From: Microcystis aeruginosa NIES-843
GTDB taxonomy: Bacteria > Cyanobacteriota > Cyanobacteriia > Cyanobacteriales > Microcystaceae
NCBI RefSeq assembly: GCF_000010625.1
Contig: NC_010296.1
Coordinates: 1,500,001 to 1,532,000, forward strand
Direction of reading: 5' to 3'
Length of the DNA stretch: 32,000 bases
The notes beneath the pieces are model-generated. The model did no database searches. It saw only the letters and a list, made by a program, of their open reading frames with translations, and was not told the DNA's origin. Position 1 is the first letter of the stretch, and every line of letters begins with the position of its first letter. This document shows, one piece after another, positions 1 to 8,591 of this stretch. A program made the translations under genes and the position numbers.

Positions 1-1
1 C

Positions 2-298
2 AGCATTGAGTTAATTATCGGCGAATTAGGCACAGAAAGTGGAGCAATGGAGGTTTATTTTGATGGTGATAAATTAATTACTCGTTCCCTGAGTAATGGA
101 GAAACTAGCGTCCAACCCTTAAATGATCGCGAGGGGGCCCGATCGATCGCTAAACTCGATCCTTTAGGTTTTCGGGGTAAAGATCGCATTAAAGTGCAGT
201 TCTGGATTGATGATCAGTGTTTTCTGCGGATTAATGTGGAAGATTTACTCAGTCAAGAATTGTTACTAAATAATCAAATCGTCACCAAATTAAGCTAG
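2..298 (+). CDS. 3' end of a hypothetical protein (5' end outside window)
   Basis: Frame is open from base 2 (SIELIIGELGTESGAMEVYFDG...) to TAG 296-298, so the listed ATG at 47 is probably internal. No family recognised. Confidence 0.45.
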   Translation, partial: SIELIIGELGTESGAMEVYFDGDKLITRSLSNGETSVQPLNDREGARSIAKLDPLGFRGKDRIKVQFWIDDQCFLRINVEDLLSQELLLNNQIVTKLS

Positions 299-618
299 GG
301 TTTACGGCAAAAAGTTTCTCGTGGGGGCAGGGTGTGGGGTGTGGGGTGTGGGGTGTGGGGTTTTACCGATTTTGAGGTAGTCAGTTACCTAATTTTCAGG
401 GAAAAAGTCCAGGGATTTTACCCCGGATCACTCCAATGGTCAACACTTTTTGAGGGAAAAAAGTCTAAAAGCCTTATCTAACAAGGTTTTTAGATTTATT
501 CAGCAAACCCTACCTAATTTTTAGGAAAAAATTACCTGAATTTTACCCCCGCTTACTCCCATATCTGGTACTTTTTGATTTCCAAAAAGTCTAAATTTTA
601 GATTTATTCAGCCTGCTC
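298..618. mobile_element. MITE-213 composite: one full copy (298-510) plus one truncated copy (513-618), inverted relative to the copies at 18655 and 20822
   Basis: Ends are GGGTTTACGGCAAAAAG... and ...TTTATTCAGCAAACCC (TIR consensus GGGTYTGCTGAA). Carries an internal (GGGGTGT)4 array. Flanked by the 7-bp direct repeat TAAGCTA at 291-297 and 619-625. Confidence 0.75.
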
Positions 619-709
619 TAAGCTAGACTTGGCTTCACCTAAAAATCAAGTGCAGACTCATAGTAAGTTTGCACTGATATTATCGCAATATTCTGTTTTA
701 CCGGTGGCT

Positions 710-841
710 TTATCGACTGTGATCGCGCACGGGGATCGGGATTAGTTCGGGTTCGGGTTCGGGTTCCGGACCAAAAACACTTTCGATCAGTTTGCGCGCC
801 CATTCTCTCAACTTGTCTATCACTTCATCTAAATAGTCCAT
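710..841 (-). CDS. Possible 43-aa small protein (MDYLDEVIDKLREWARKLIESVFGPEPEPEPELIPIPVRDHSR)
   Basis: ATG-to-TAA ORF downstream of cinA on the same strand. Contains a GTTCGG hexamer array encoding PEPEPEPE. Too short for the ORF track and no homology recognised. Confidence 0.25.
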   Translation of the reverse strand: MDYLDEVIDKLREWARKLIESVFGPEPEPEPELIPIPVRDHSR

Positions 842-1037
842 TGACCAAATGGCTCCTTTGAGATACTAGCTATGAGTTTTCGTCGATTGATCCCCGCAAC
901 AGCTTGATTCTAGAGAATTTTAACTAATTTTCATCGTTTGGCTGTTAAATCTGACGAGCGGGGGAATCTATATCTTGTATTTATATTAAGCTTAACATAA
1001 CTTTTTAGTCTGAGTATATATTCTCGGCAATTCTTTT

Positions 1038-2303
1038 TTAAGACATTATTAATAAATTCCGGCGTAGGCGATCGAGGGCGGTATAGGCACTAATCTGGCG
1101 AATTGTCAAGCGATCTCGATTTTCTCCGAAACGATGCTCTGATACGGTAACATTTCCCTCAGGACTGGCTAAACCGATATAAACTAGGCCCACGGGTTTT
1201 GTCTCACTGCCTCCTCCTGGTCCGGCAATACCCGTGATACTGATCCCCCAATCCGTAGCGAGGCGTTTTTGCACCCCTAGCGCCATCTGTTGGGCAACAA
1301 TGGCACTGACAGCCCCGAAATTATTTAAATCCCCTTCATTTACGTCTAAGAGGGCAACTTTTACCCGATTATCGTAGGAAATAACCCCACCCCCAAAATA
1401 ATCGGAACTGCCGGCGATTTGGGTGATAATTTCCCCTAATCCCCCTCCAGTACAGGATTCTGCCACACTCAAAGTTTGTTTTTGCCACCGCAAAAGTTCC
1501 CCCACCACCGCAGGTAAAGTATCATCATCAGCCCCAAAATAATCTAATCCGGCGATTTCCTTAATTTCCGTCGCTACCGGTTCAATTACCTGCAAAGCAG
1601 CCTCTAAAGAAGGGGCTTTGGTCGCAATTCGCAAACGCACTTCGCCTAAACTAGCATAGGGGGCAACGGTGGGATTAGTCAGATCAAATAAATGGGCAAC
1701 TTTTTCCGCTAAAGCTGACTCACCGATACCGCGAAATTTGAGGTAACGACTATAAATCCTCTCTTTGCCCCATCCTTGACTTTCTAGGTAAGGAATCGCC
1801 GTTTCTACCCACATTCTCTTCATTTCTGAGGGTACTCCGGGGAAAGTGAGAATAGTCACGTTAGCCTCTGGTTGCCAGATCATTCCGGGGGCGGTTCCCG
1901 TCGGATTTGGCAAAAAATCGGCTCCCATGGGTATTAAAGCCTGTTTACTGTTACTAGGAGGCATTTCTCGCCCTAAGCTCGTAAATTTAGCCTCGATTTC
2001 TGCTAAAATCTCTTGATCTTCTCTGAGGGACGTTTGGAAAAAATCGGCGATTGTTTCTGTGGTTAAATCGTCGGGAGTCGGTCCGAGTCCGCCAGTAAAA
2101 ATTAAAATTGAAGAACGTTCTCGGGCAATAGCGATCGCTTTTTTCAGTCTTTCTACATTATCCCCCACCACCGTTTGATAATAATGGGGAATGCCTAATT
2201 TTGCCAATTCTAGGGCTAAATATTGGGCGTTAGTATTAACTATATCCCCTAATAATAATTCCGTTCCTACACAAATAATTTCAGCGGCCATAATTTTTAG
2301 CAA
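1038..2303 (-). CDS. cinA: CinA-family competence/damage-inducible protein (MoCF-binding N-domain plus NMN-deamidase PncC-like C-domain)
   Basis: 421-aa ORF. N-terminus AEIICVGTELLLGDIVNTNAQYLA and C-terminal SVAESCTGGGLG...GISITGIAGPGG are typical CinA signatures. The true start may be the MAAEII Met at 2291. Confidence 0.9.
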   Translation of the reverse strand: MLKIMAAEIICVGTELLLGDIVNTNAQYLALELAKLGIPHYYQTVVGDNVERLKKAIAIARERSSILIFTGGLGPTPDDLTTETIADFFQTSLREDQEILAEIEAKFTSLGREMPPSNSKQALIPMGADFLPNPTGTAPGMIWQPEANVTILTFPGVPSEMKRMWVETAIPYLESQGWGKERIYSRYLKFRGIGESALAEKVAHLFDLTNPTVAPYASLGEVRLRIATKAPSLEAALQVIEPVATEIKEIAGLDYFGADDDTLPAVVGELLRWQKQTLSVAESCTGGGLGEIITQIAGSSDYFGGGVISYDNRVKVALLDVNEGDLNNFGAVSAIVAQQMALGVQKRLATDWGISITGIAGPGGGSETKPVGLVYIGLASPEGNVTVSEHRFGENRDRLTIRQISAYTALDRLRRNLLIMS

Positions 2304-2493
2304 TTAGCTTAAGATTTTCAATTTTGATCATCAACTTATCTTCTGTCACCACAGTTCGATCGGGTTTCGGTAACGATGGTCATGGAAGTTAACAATATCA
2401 GTGCGCTCCAACATTATACCAGTAAGCTATCAACAATCAAAGTCTTTTATATTAAATATCACTTTGTTGCTGAACAGCCCATATATGATTATG

Positions 2494-2621
2494 GGTAGTG
2501 ATTCGATAGTAGTGGTAGTCTAATGTGGAGAATCACATAGGGGCTATCTGATACTTTATCCATGACTATAATGCCCAATTAGCAAGGTTTGAGCTATCAC
2601 CACGACAATAAAATCACTACC
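2494..2621. mobile_element. 128-bp IS1-derived MITE (internally deleted IS1)
   Basis: Left end GGTAGTGATTCGATAGTAGTGG and right end (rc) GGTAGTGATTTTATTGTCGTGG match the IRs of the IS1 at 15188/19213. Internal GAGAATCAC...TTTATCCATGACTATAATGC matches the 3' end of the IS1 ORF (19120-19165). No clear TSD. Confidence 0.55.
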
Positions 2622-2977
2622 TATTAGCAAACGTAAAATCAGCGTACTATTCCCCTATATAACACTAATTGATCAGGCTCTTCTAGAGTAGTGATGATAT
2701 ATTAGCAGAAAATAATCCACGCAAGCTTCTGCAAGTAAGGCTCACCAGAATTCAAAAAAGCAATTTTAATCAAAAAAGCTTTTGGCTTTGTTGGATTCCA
2801 GGCTATTTAAGGGGTTAGGCTCATTTAAACTACTAATTTGCTATAACCAGTCTAGGAGAGCCATGGATCATAATCAAGCATAACAAAGTATTGCCGATCA
2901 TCACCTCTTCCTTCCTGCTATCAAAAACCCCACCAAAATCATCTAAAATTAAAATGTCCACTGAATAATAAAATTCT

Positions 2978-4727
2978 ATGACTCGCTGGTTTAATATTGC
3001 CGGTCCCTGTAAAGACGATATCCACTATATGCTCTCTCCCACAGTACGATTACCAGATTTAGAGGAGCTAATTCAACAACGTAGTTACTTTGTCCTTCAC
3101 GCACCACGACAAACAGGGAAAACCACCGCAATGTTAGCCCTAGCAAAACAACTTACCGATAGAGGAAATTATGCCGCAGTCATGGTATCAGTGGAAGTAG
3201 GAAGTCCATTTAATCATGATCCTGCTGCCGCAGAATTAGCAATTTTAGGAACTTGGTATAATACAATTCAAGATAGTTTACCGACCGAATTACAACCACC
3301 TATTAAACAATGGCAGCAGGAAGAACCAGGAAGCAGAATTAAGGCTTTTTTAAGAGGTTGGGCAAAAGCTATAAATCGACCTTTAGTATTATTTATAGAT
3401 GAAATTGATTCTTTACAAGATCAAACATTAATTTCTATTTTACGACAGTTAAGAGATGGTTTTACTAAACGTCCAGAAAATTTCCCGACCTCAGTAGGAT
3501 TAATTGGTTTACGAGATGTGAGAGATTATAAAGTAGCATCTGGTGGTAGTGATAGATTAAATACATCTAGTCCTTTTAATATCAAAGTTGCTTCTCTGAC
3601 TATGCGAAATTTTAATCTTGCAGAAGTGGGAGAATTTATCAACAACATACAACAGCAACTGGACAAATTTTCACACCAGAAGCAATAGAAACAGCGTTTG
3701 ATTTAACTCAAGGACAACCTTGGTTAGTCAATGCTTTAGCTAAAGAAATTGTAGAAAAAATGGTAAAAGATAGAAGTATTGCTATTACCAAAGAACACAT
3801 TTTAACAGCCAAAGAAATATTAATTGCTCGTCAGGATACTCATTTAGATAGTTTAGCGGAAAGGTTAAGAGAACCAAGAATTCAAGCCATTATTGAACCG
3901 ATGTTAGCAGGTTTAGAATTAGGAAATATCCCTAATGATGATATTCAATTTGTCATTGATTTAGGATTATGTAAAATGGCTCTTCGTTACTTGGTATGGT
4001 TCGATAGGGGGGCATAAATCGACTAAATCCTTATCTGGCAAGAGTTCTATTGATTAGTTTGTTCTAGCTCGAAAACAATTGACAAAAATCGCATCAATGT
4101 CCTTCTCTATAAGGGTTTCATCCCTTATAACTCCGTCCATTGCATAGCACAAACCGAAGAACCTGTAAAATGCACCCCTATGGAGGATTAACTATTGCTA
4201 ATCCCATTTATCGGGAAGTTTTACCTAGGGTGTTAACTGTGACACCAATGGCTTCTTTACCCATGATTGCACCCACTTGGTTAACCCCAGAGGGTGAATT
4301 AAATCTAGCTGCCTTATTAACAGCATTTCTCAAATTTTGGCGACAACAGGTCGAACCATTATTAGGTAGTACGGGATATCATGAAATTGCCCCACATATA
4401 GTATTAATGGCTTTTTTACGTCGTGTTATTAATGGTGGGGGAGTTTTAGAAAGGGAATATGCAATTGGTAGTGATAGAATGGATTTATGTCTGAGTTATA
4501 AAGATGTAATTTTAGGGATTGAATTAAAAGTATGGCGGGATAAAAAACGCGATCCTCAAGCTGATGGGATCGAACAATTAGAGTCTTATTTAGGGCGTTT
4601 GGGTTTAGATTTTGGTTGGTTATTTATCTTTGATAGGCGGAAAAATGCCTTACCAATGGAAGAAAGATTATCCACTGAAGTTGTGGTGACAGAAAATCAA
4701 TATAGAATTACTGTGATTCGGGCGTGA
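2978..4727 (+). pseudogene. AAA-ATPase-like protein with C-terminal PD-(D/E)XK nuclease-like domain, disrupted by one frameshift and one MITE
   Basis: Three ORFs (2978-3688, 3760-4017, 4140-4727) form one protein. Walker A is PRQTGKTT, followed by LFIDEID. A frameshift near 3640 restores YQQHTTATGQIFTPEAIETAFDLTQGQPWLVNALA. Removing 3978-4163 joins ...GLCKM to HPYGGLTIANPIYREV in frame. The C-terminus carries DRMDL...GIELKV. Confidence 0.8.
3978..4163. mobile_element. 186-bp MITE with ISL3-like termini (MITE-186)
   Basis: TIRs are GGCTCTTCG... and (rc) GGTTCTTCGG.... Perfect 8-bp TSD TGTAAAAT at 3970-3977 and 4164-4171. The termini resemble the GGCTCTTC ends of the ISL3 at 10565-11809. Confidence 0.75.
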
Positions 4728-4839
4728 GTGTTTCCAAAACTCACTGTTTGCGTTACATTTCATTAACGCACCCTACAGGATTAACTTTTAGAATTTTTGC
4801 TAAACTAGAAATAGGTATAAAACAAGGAAATATAAAGTT

Positions 4840-5013
4840 ATGACAGTTGCTAATTCATCACTTTCTCAACAATACATACTTGATATTGAACCAGAAGGAC
4901 GTTTAACTTTACCCCAAGAAATCCAACAAATTCTTAATTTAGAATCTGGAGATAGATTAATCTTAACTCTGGAAGATAGCGGCAAACTCCAATTAGTCAG
5001 CCTCAAAGCACAG
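4840..5013 (+). pseudogene. AbrB/MazE/SpoVT-family antitoxin-like gene, 3'-truncated at the IS200/IS605 junction
   Basis: EPEGRLTLPQEIQQILNLESGDRLILTLEDSGKLQLVSL is a typical SpoVT/AbrB swapped-hairpin motif. From 5014 onward the ORF reads the antisense of tnpA, so the listed 103-aa ORF is chimeric. Confidence 0.6.
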
Positions 5014-5418
5014 CTAATATTCAGGGGAGTCTTGATTTTCGACATATTTCTTAAGTTGGTCTATTGTGACACCACCACAACTAGCCACAAAATATGCCCC
5101 TGTCCACAAAATTCTCTTATCTTGACCATATATCTCTTTCAAGTGGTCTGAAAAGTTATCCCACATCAGCTGGCAAGAAGTTGATTTTAAGTTGGCTATT
5201 AATCCACTTAACAGTTTATGAGGGGGGTAAGTTAAAAGAATGTGAACATGGTCTGATTCTCCGTTAATCTCTATTACCTTCGCCTTCCATTTCTCAGCTA
5301 TGTCTTGAAAAGCTATTCTCAAAAACTCTAGATGCTCCTTCTCAAAAACCTTTCTACGATAATTAGTTTTCTCTTGACACTTTTTACAATGGATTACTAT
5401 ACTCATAATATAACACAT
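5014..5418 (-). CDS. tnpA: IS200/IS605 Y1 (HUH) transposase TnpA
   Basis: HUH motif SDHVHILL, WTGAYFVASCGG, and C-terminal catalytic-Tyr context QLKKYVENQ. The N-terminus is atypical (IVIHCKKCQEKTNYRRKVF). Confidence 0.8.
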   Translation of the reverse strand: MCYIMSIVIHCKKCQEKTNYRRKVFEKEHLEFLRIAFQDIAEKWKAKVIEINGESDHVHILLTYPPHKLLSGLIANLKSTSCQLMWDNFSDHLKEIYGQDKRILWTGAYFVASCGGVTIDQLKKYVENQDSPEY

Positions 5419-5433
5419 TGAGAGGTCGAATCA

Positions 5434-6602
5434 ATGCGAGTCATAGAGTTGAAGTTAAAAACCAATTCACACCAAGAAATAGCTATTCAAGAGGCTATAA
5501 GGGTGGGACAGTTTATTAGAAATAAGTGTCTAAGATTTTGGATGGACGCTACTAAAGAAGACAAAATCAACTATGCTACTTTGTGTAAATTAACTACCGA
5601 ATTTCTAATAGTCCTGAATTTCCTTTTGTTGGTAAACTCAACTCTATGGCTCGTCAAGCAAGTGCCGAAAGAGCTTGGTTTTCTATATCCCGTTTTGACA
5701 ACAATTGTCAAAGGGGTTTAGCGAAAAAAGGCTATCCTAAATTCAAAAAATTTTCAAGGTCTGTCGAGTACAAAACTTCTGGTTGGAAACTAACAGAAGA
5801 CAAAAAGTTTATCCACATCACGGATAAAACAGGGATAGGAAAATTAAAGTTAATCGGTACTTTTAACCGTGAGATTCTCGATAAATCTACTATCAAAAGA
5901 GTCAGGCTTATTAAACGAGCCGATGGCTTTTATTGTCAATTTGTCTTAGACATTGAGAGAGTAGAAACCTTTGACTCTACAGGAAAAGAAGTAGGGATTG
6001 ATTTAGGTTTAAACCATTTCTTAACTGACTCTAATGGGGATAAAATTGATAACCCACGGTTTCTTCGTAAGTCGGAAAAAAGACTAAAAAAGGCTCAACG
6101 TAAACTCTCAAAGAAGAAAAAGGGAAGCCAAAAAAGATTAAAACAGAAATCTAAAGTAGCTCGCCTTCATCTAAAAGTTTCTAGACAGCGTAAAGATTTT
6201 GCAGTCAAGACAGCAAAAGCGTTAATCCAATCTAACGATTTGGTAGTCTATGAGGACTTGAAGGTATCTAATATGGTGAAAAATCCTAAGCTTGCTAAAT
6301 CTATTTCAGATGCAAGTTGGTCAATGTTCACCGATTGGTTAGACTACTTTGGGAAAATACACGGGAAGTTTGTGGTAGCGGTGAACCCACAATACACTAG
6401 CCAACAATGTTCTAGTTGTGGTAATATTGTCAAGAAAACATTATCTGTAAGAACTCATGTTTGTTCTTGTGGGTGTGTCTTGGATAGAGACGAAAACGCC
6501 GCTATAAACATTCTCGCACGGGCAAATATTGTCGGGCGGACAGAAATTCAAGCCCTCGGACAGACTACCCACTGTCTATTAGGTGAAAGCCTAATAAGCT
6601 AA
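5434..6602 (+). pseudogene. tnpB: TnpB (RuvC-like RNA-guided nuclease), frameshifted near 5595-5605
   Basis: Two overlapping ORFs (5434-5721 and 5646-6602) together give a full-length TnpB. RuvC motifs are VGIDLG, VVYEDL and DRDENAAINI. Zinc finger is CSSCG...CSCG. A single frame change occurs after ...LCKLTTEF. Confidence 0.8.
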
Positions 6603-6743
6603 ACGGCGCTTAACCTGCATGATCCAACAGCTATAACCCTTTTGGAGTCTATATCGGTGATCCGAAGTAAAAGCCGTTTAGCTTAGATAAGGTAACTGGA
6701 TGAACAGGGAATCCCGAAGCGCTTAGTGCGATGGGAGCATCAA
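6598..6743 (+). ncRNA. Putative TnpB omega-RNA / right-end scaffold of IS605 copy 1
   Basis: Starts at the tnpB stop. 10-bp arms GCTAAACGGC (6598-6607) and GCCGTTTAGC (6673-6682), then a TCCC-loop-GGGA hairpin (6712-6736) and TCAA. The position matches known TnpB reRNA/omega-RNA architecture. No covariance model was run. Confidence 0.3.
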
Positions 6744-6767
6744 TCTCAGAAAATTTCAATTGCCTGA

Positions 6768-7154
6768 CTACAATTCTAAAGCTTCGTAGATGTATAATTT
6801 ATTCAAAAAACCGACGGTGCTGAAGTGATAACTAGGTAAAGGGGGAGGGAACCATAATTCCGTTTGATAAACGCTGAAAATGACAAAATTCTTTCTAGTG
6901 GTGTTAGTGGCGATCGCTTCTTGTAAAAAAGGATGACCCGTATCCACCAACATTTTACAGTAACCCCGCAAGAGAGCCTGCACCTCGATGGAAGCTTGCG
7001 CTCGAGCGCAGACATTATCCTTAAGATAGCTAGTTAACCTCTGGGAAGCGTATTGTTCGTAATCTTGACGATTGGGGTTAGTTGTCAGCAATATCCCCGC
7101 AATTCCCCCTAAAACCACTCCTACCACCATTCCCCCTAACCGCACCAATTTCAT
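6768..7154 (-). CDS. Small membrane-anchored conserved cyanobacterial protein (DUF4359-like, from memory)
   Basis: 128-aa ORF with an N-terminal TM segment (GGMVVGVVLGGIAGILL), NPNRQDYEQYASQRLTSYLKDNVC and a C-terminal SYHFSTVG motif. Confidence 0.6.
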   Translation of the reverse strand: MKLVRLGGMVVGVVLGGIAGILLTTNPNRQDYEQYASQRLTSYLKDNVCARAQASIEVQALLRGYCKMLVDTGHPFLQEAIATNTTRKNFVIFSVYQTELWFPPPLPSYHFSTVGFLNKLYIYEALEL

Positions 7155-7254
7155 AAGCTCTCAAATCATCACTCACTTACCCTAACCATAGCCCGAATTA
7201 GGATAAAAAACCTCTTGTCAACGATTCGTTTTCTGGTATAGTAGATAGGTGTAC

Positions 7255-7328
7255 GGCGAGCGTAGCCAAGTGGTTAAGGCAGTGGATTGTGGTTCCACCA
7301 CTCGGGGGTTCGAGTCCCCTCGTTCGCC
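7255..7328 (+). tRNA. tRNA-His (anticodon GTG), encoded G-1, no encoded CCA
   Basis: Hand-folded. G-1 pairs with C73. Acceptor is GCGAGCG/CGTTCGC (one G-U). Anticodon stem GTGGA/TCCAC with loop TTGTGGT. T-arm GGGGG-TTCGAGT-CCCCT. Confidence 0.85.
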
Positions 7329-7410
7329 CTCTTTTTAAGGATCGCTGATGGTTAGGCTTTGAGGGAGTCAATTGGCACTTACCCGCTCAAATCCCCAATC
7401 AATTCGTTAT

Positions 7411-7488
7411 CGGTAAAACCCTACACCCCACACCCCACACCCCACACCCCACACCCTGTCCCCACGAAAAACTTTTTGCCGCAAACCC
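7411..7488. mobile_element. Fragment (one end only) of MITE-213 carrying the (CCCCACA)n array
   Basis: CGGTAAAACCC-(TACACCC/CACACCC)n-TGTCCCCACGAAAAACTTTTTGCCGCAAACCC matches the right ~80 bp of the copies at 18655 and 20822. Followed by TACTTA, as for the copy at 20822. Confidence 0.65.
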
Positions 7489-7576
7489 TACTTACAGGTT
7501 AAGACGGCACTGGAGAAGCGGAGTAGCGATAACGTGATAGTTTAGATCCGATCGGTAATGTGATATTGGGACAATA

Positions 7577-8521
7577 ATGACCAAAGTAAATCCGAAGTTA
7601 ATTATTCATGGGGGAGCGAGTTCCCTAGAGGACAAAGGTGGTTTAGAATCAGTCCGCGATTCTCTCCGGGGGATTGTTAAGAATATTTACAACCTCCTTG
7701 ACAATGGTGCTAGTGCTGTGGAGGCGGTGACAAAAGGATGTATGTTACTGGAGGATGAACCGCGATTTAATGCCGGGACTGGTTCGGTGGTGCAATCGGA
7801 CGGTCAGGTGCGAATGAGTGCAGCCTTGATGGATGGTCGTCACCAGCGTTTAAGCGGTGTCATTAACGTCTCGCGGGTACAGAATCCCATTAGCCTGGCT
7901 CAATTTCTCCAAAGTCAAGAGGATCGCATTCTCTCGGAAATTGGAGCTGCAGATCTGGCCCGAGAATTACAAATTCCCCTCTATGATCCCCTCACCGATT
8001 ATCGGATTCAAGAATGGATGGAGGAAAGAAAGACGAATTTTAATCGCAAAATGGCCCGTTTATTCGCCGATTCGTCAGCACAACGGGGAACTATCGGGGT
8101 AGTGGCCCTTGATCAACAAGGAGACATCGCCGCCGGAACTTCTACCGGAGGGAAGGGATTAGAAAGAATCGGTCGCGTTAGTGACAGTGCCATGCCGGCC
8201 GGCAATTATGCGAATCCATGGGCGGGAGTAAGCTGTACGGGGGTCGGGGAAGATATTATCGATGAGTGTTTAGCCGCTAAGGTGGTCATTCGCGTCACCG
8301 ATGGTTTTTCCCTCGCCGCTGCCGTGGAGAAATCCATGCGCGAATCCCAAACTAATGGTCGGGATCTGGGCATGATTTCCCTTGATCGTCAGGGGAATAT
8401 TGTTTGGGGGAAAACGGCGGAAATTCTCTTGGCTGCCTATCACGACGGTCAGGCGATCGGTGATACCCTAGAATGGCACGGTGAAAATGTGGGTTTAATC
8501 GGTCATGTAGCCGTCGGATAG
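7577..8521 (+). CDS. Isoaspartyl peptidase / plant-type L-asparaginase (Ntn hydrolase, Asparaginase_2 family)
   Basis: 314 aa. Has IIHGGA, FNAGTGS, the autoprocessing/nucleophile context GTIGVVALDQQGDIAAGTSTGG, and GRVSDS. Confidence 0.85.
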   Translation: MTKVNPKLIIHGGASSLEDKGGLESVRDSLRGIVKNIYNLLDNGASAVEAVTKGCMLLEDEPRFNAGTGSVVQSDGQVRMSAALMDGRHQRLSGVINVSRVQNPISLAQFLQSQEDRILSEIGAADLARELQIPLYDPLTDYRIQEWMEERKTNFNRKMARLFADSSAQRGTIGVVALDQQGDIAAGTSTGGKGLERIGRVSDSAMPAGNYANPWAGVSCTGVGEDIIDECLAAKVVIRVTDGFSLAAAVEKSMRESQTNGRDLGMISLDRQGNIVWGKTAEILLAAYHDGQAIGDTLEWHGENVGLIGHVAVG

Positions 8522-8591
8522 TGGAACAAACTGCGATCGAGCCTAGTCTTTTCGGTTAATCTGTACAAGATACTTCTTCTCGAAAATCTCC

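Larger units (their letters stand above)
5014..6743 (+). mobile_element. IS200/IS605-family element, copy 1 (divergent tnpA / tnpB)
   Basis: Y1 transposase and TnpB are arranged divergently as in IS605. The right end is proposed at TCAA 6740-6743 by analogy with the IS608 RE cleavage site. No left-end hairpin is visible left of the tnpA stop, so both boundaries are uncertain. Confidence 0.7.

Noticed and set aside
4840-5151. 103-aa ORF as an intact gene
   Set aside because: Only the first 58 codons look like an AbrB-fold protein. The remainder is antisense to tnpA, so the ORF is chimeric and created by the IS junction.
5590-5650. Programmed ribosomal frameshift joining the two tnpB ORFs of IS605 copy 1
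   Set aside because: There is no slippery heptamer or downstream pseudoknot at the frame change. TnpB genes are normally single ORFs, so this is treated as a mutation.
6803-7015. Antisense or overlapping ORFs from the six-frame track. Besides this one: 7857-8102, 8756-9040, 11025-11309, 12942-13190, 14848-15090, 21684-21869, 21727-22080, 23626-23925, 29257-29448, 29768-29974, 30172-30357 and 30587-30778
   Set aside because: Each lies inside, or opposite to, a longer ORF with clear family signatures, and has a low-complexity or atypical composition. These are shadow ORFs.
7255-7488. tRNA-His as the attachment site of an integrated island
   Set aside because: There is no integrase and no direct repeat of the tRNA 3' end. 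Only a MITE fragment follows it, and the next genes are housekeeping (asparaginase, ftsW).
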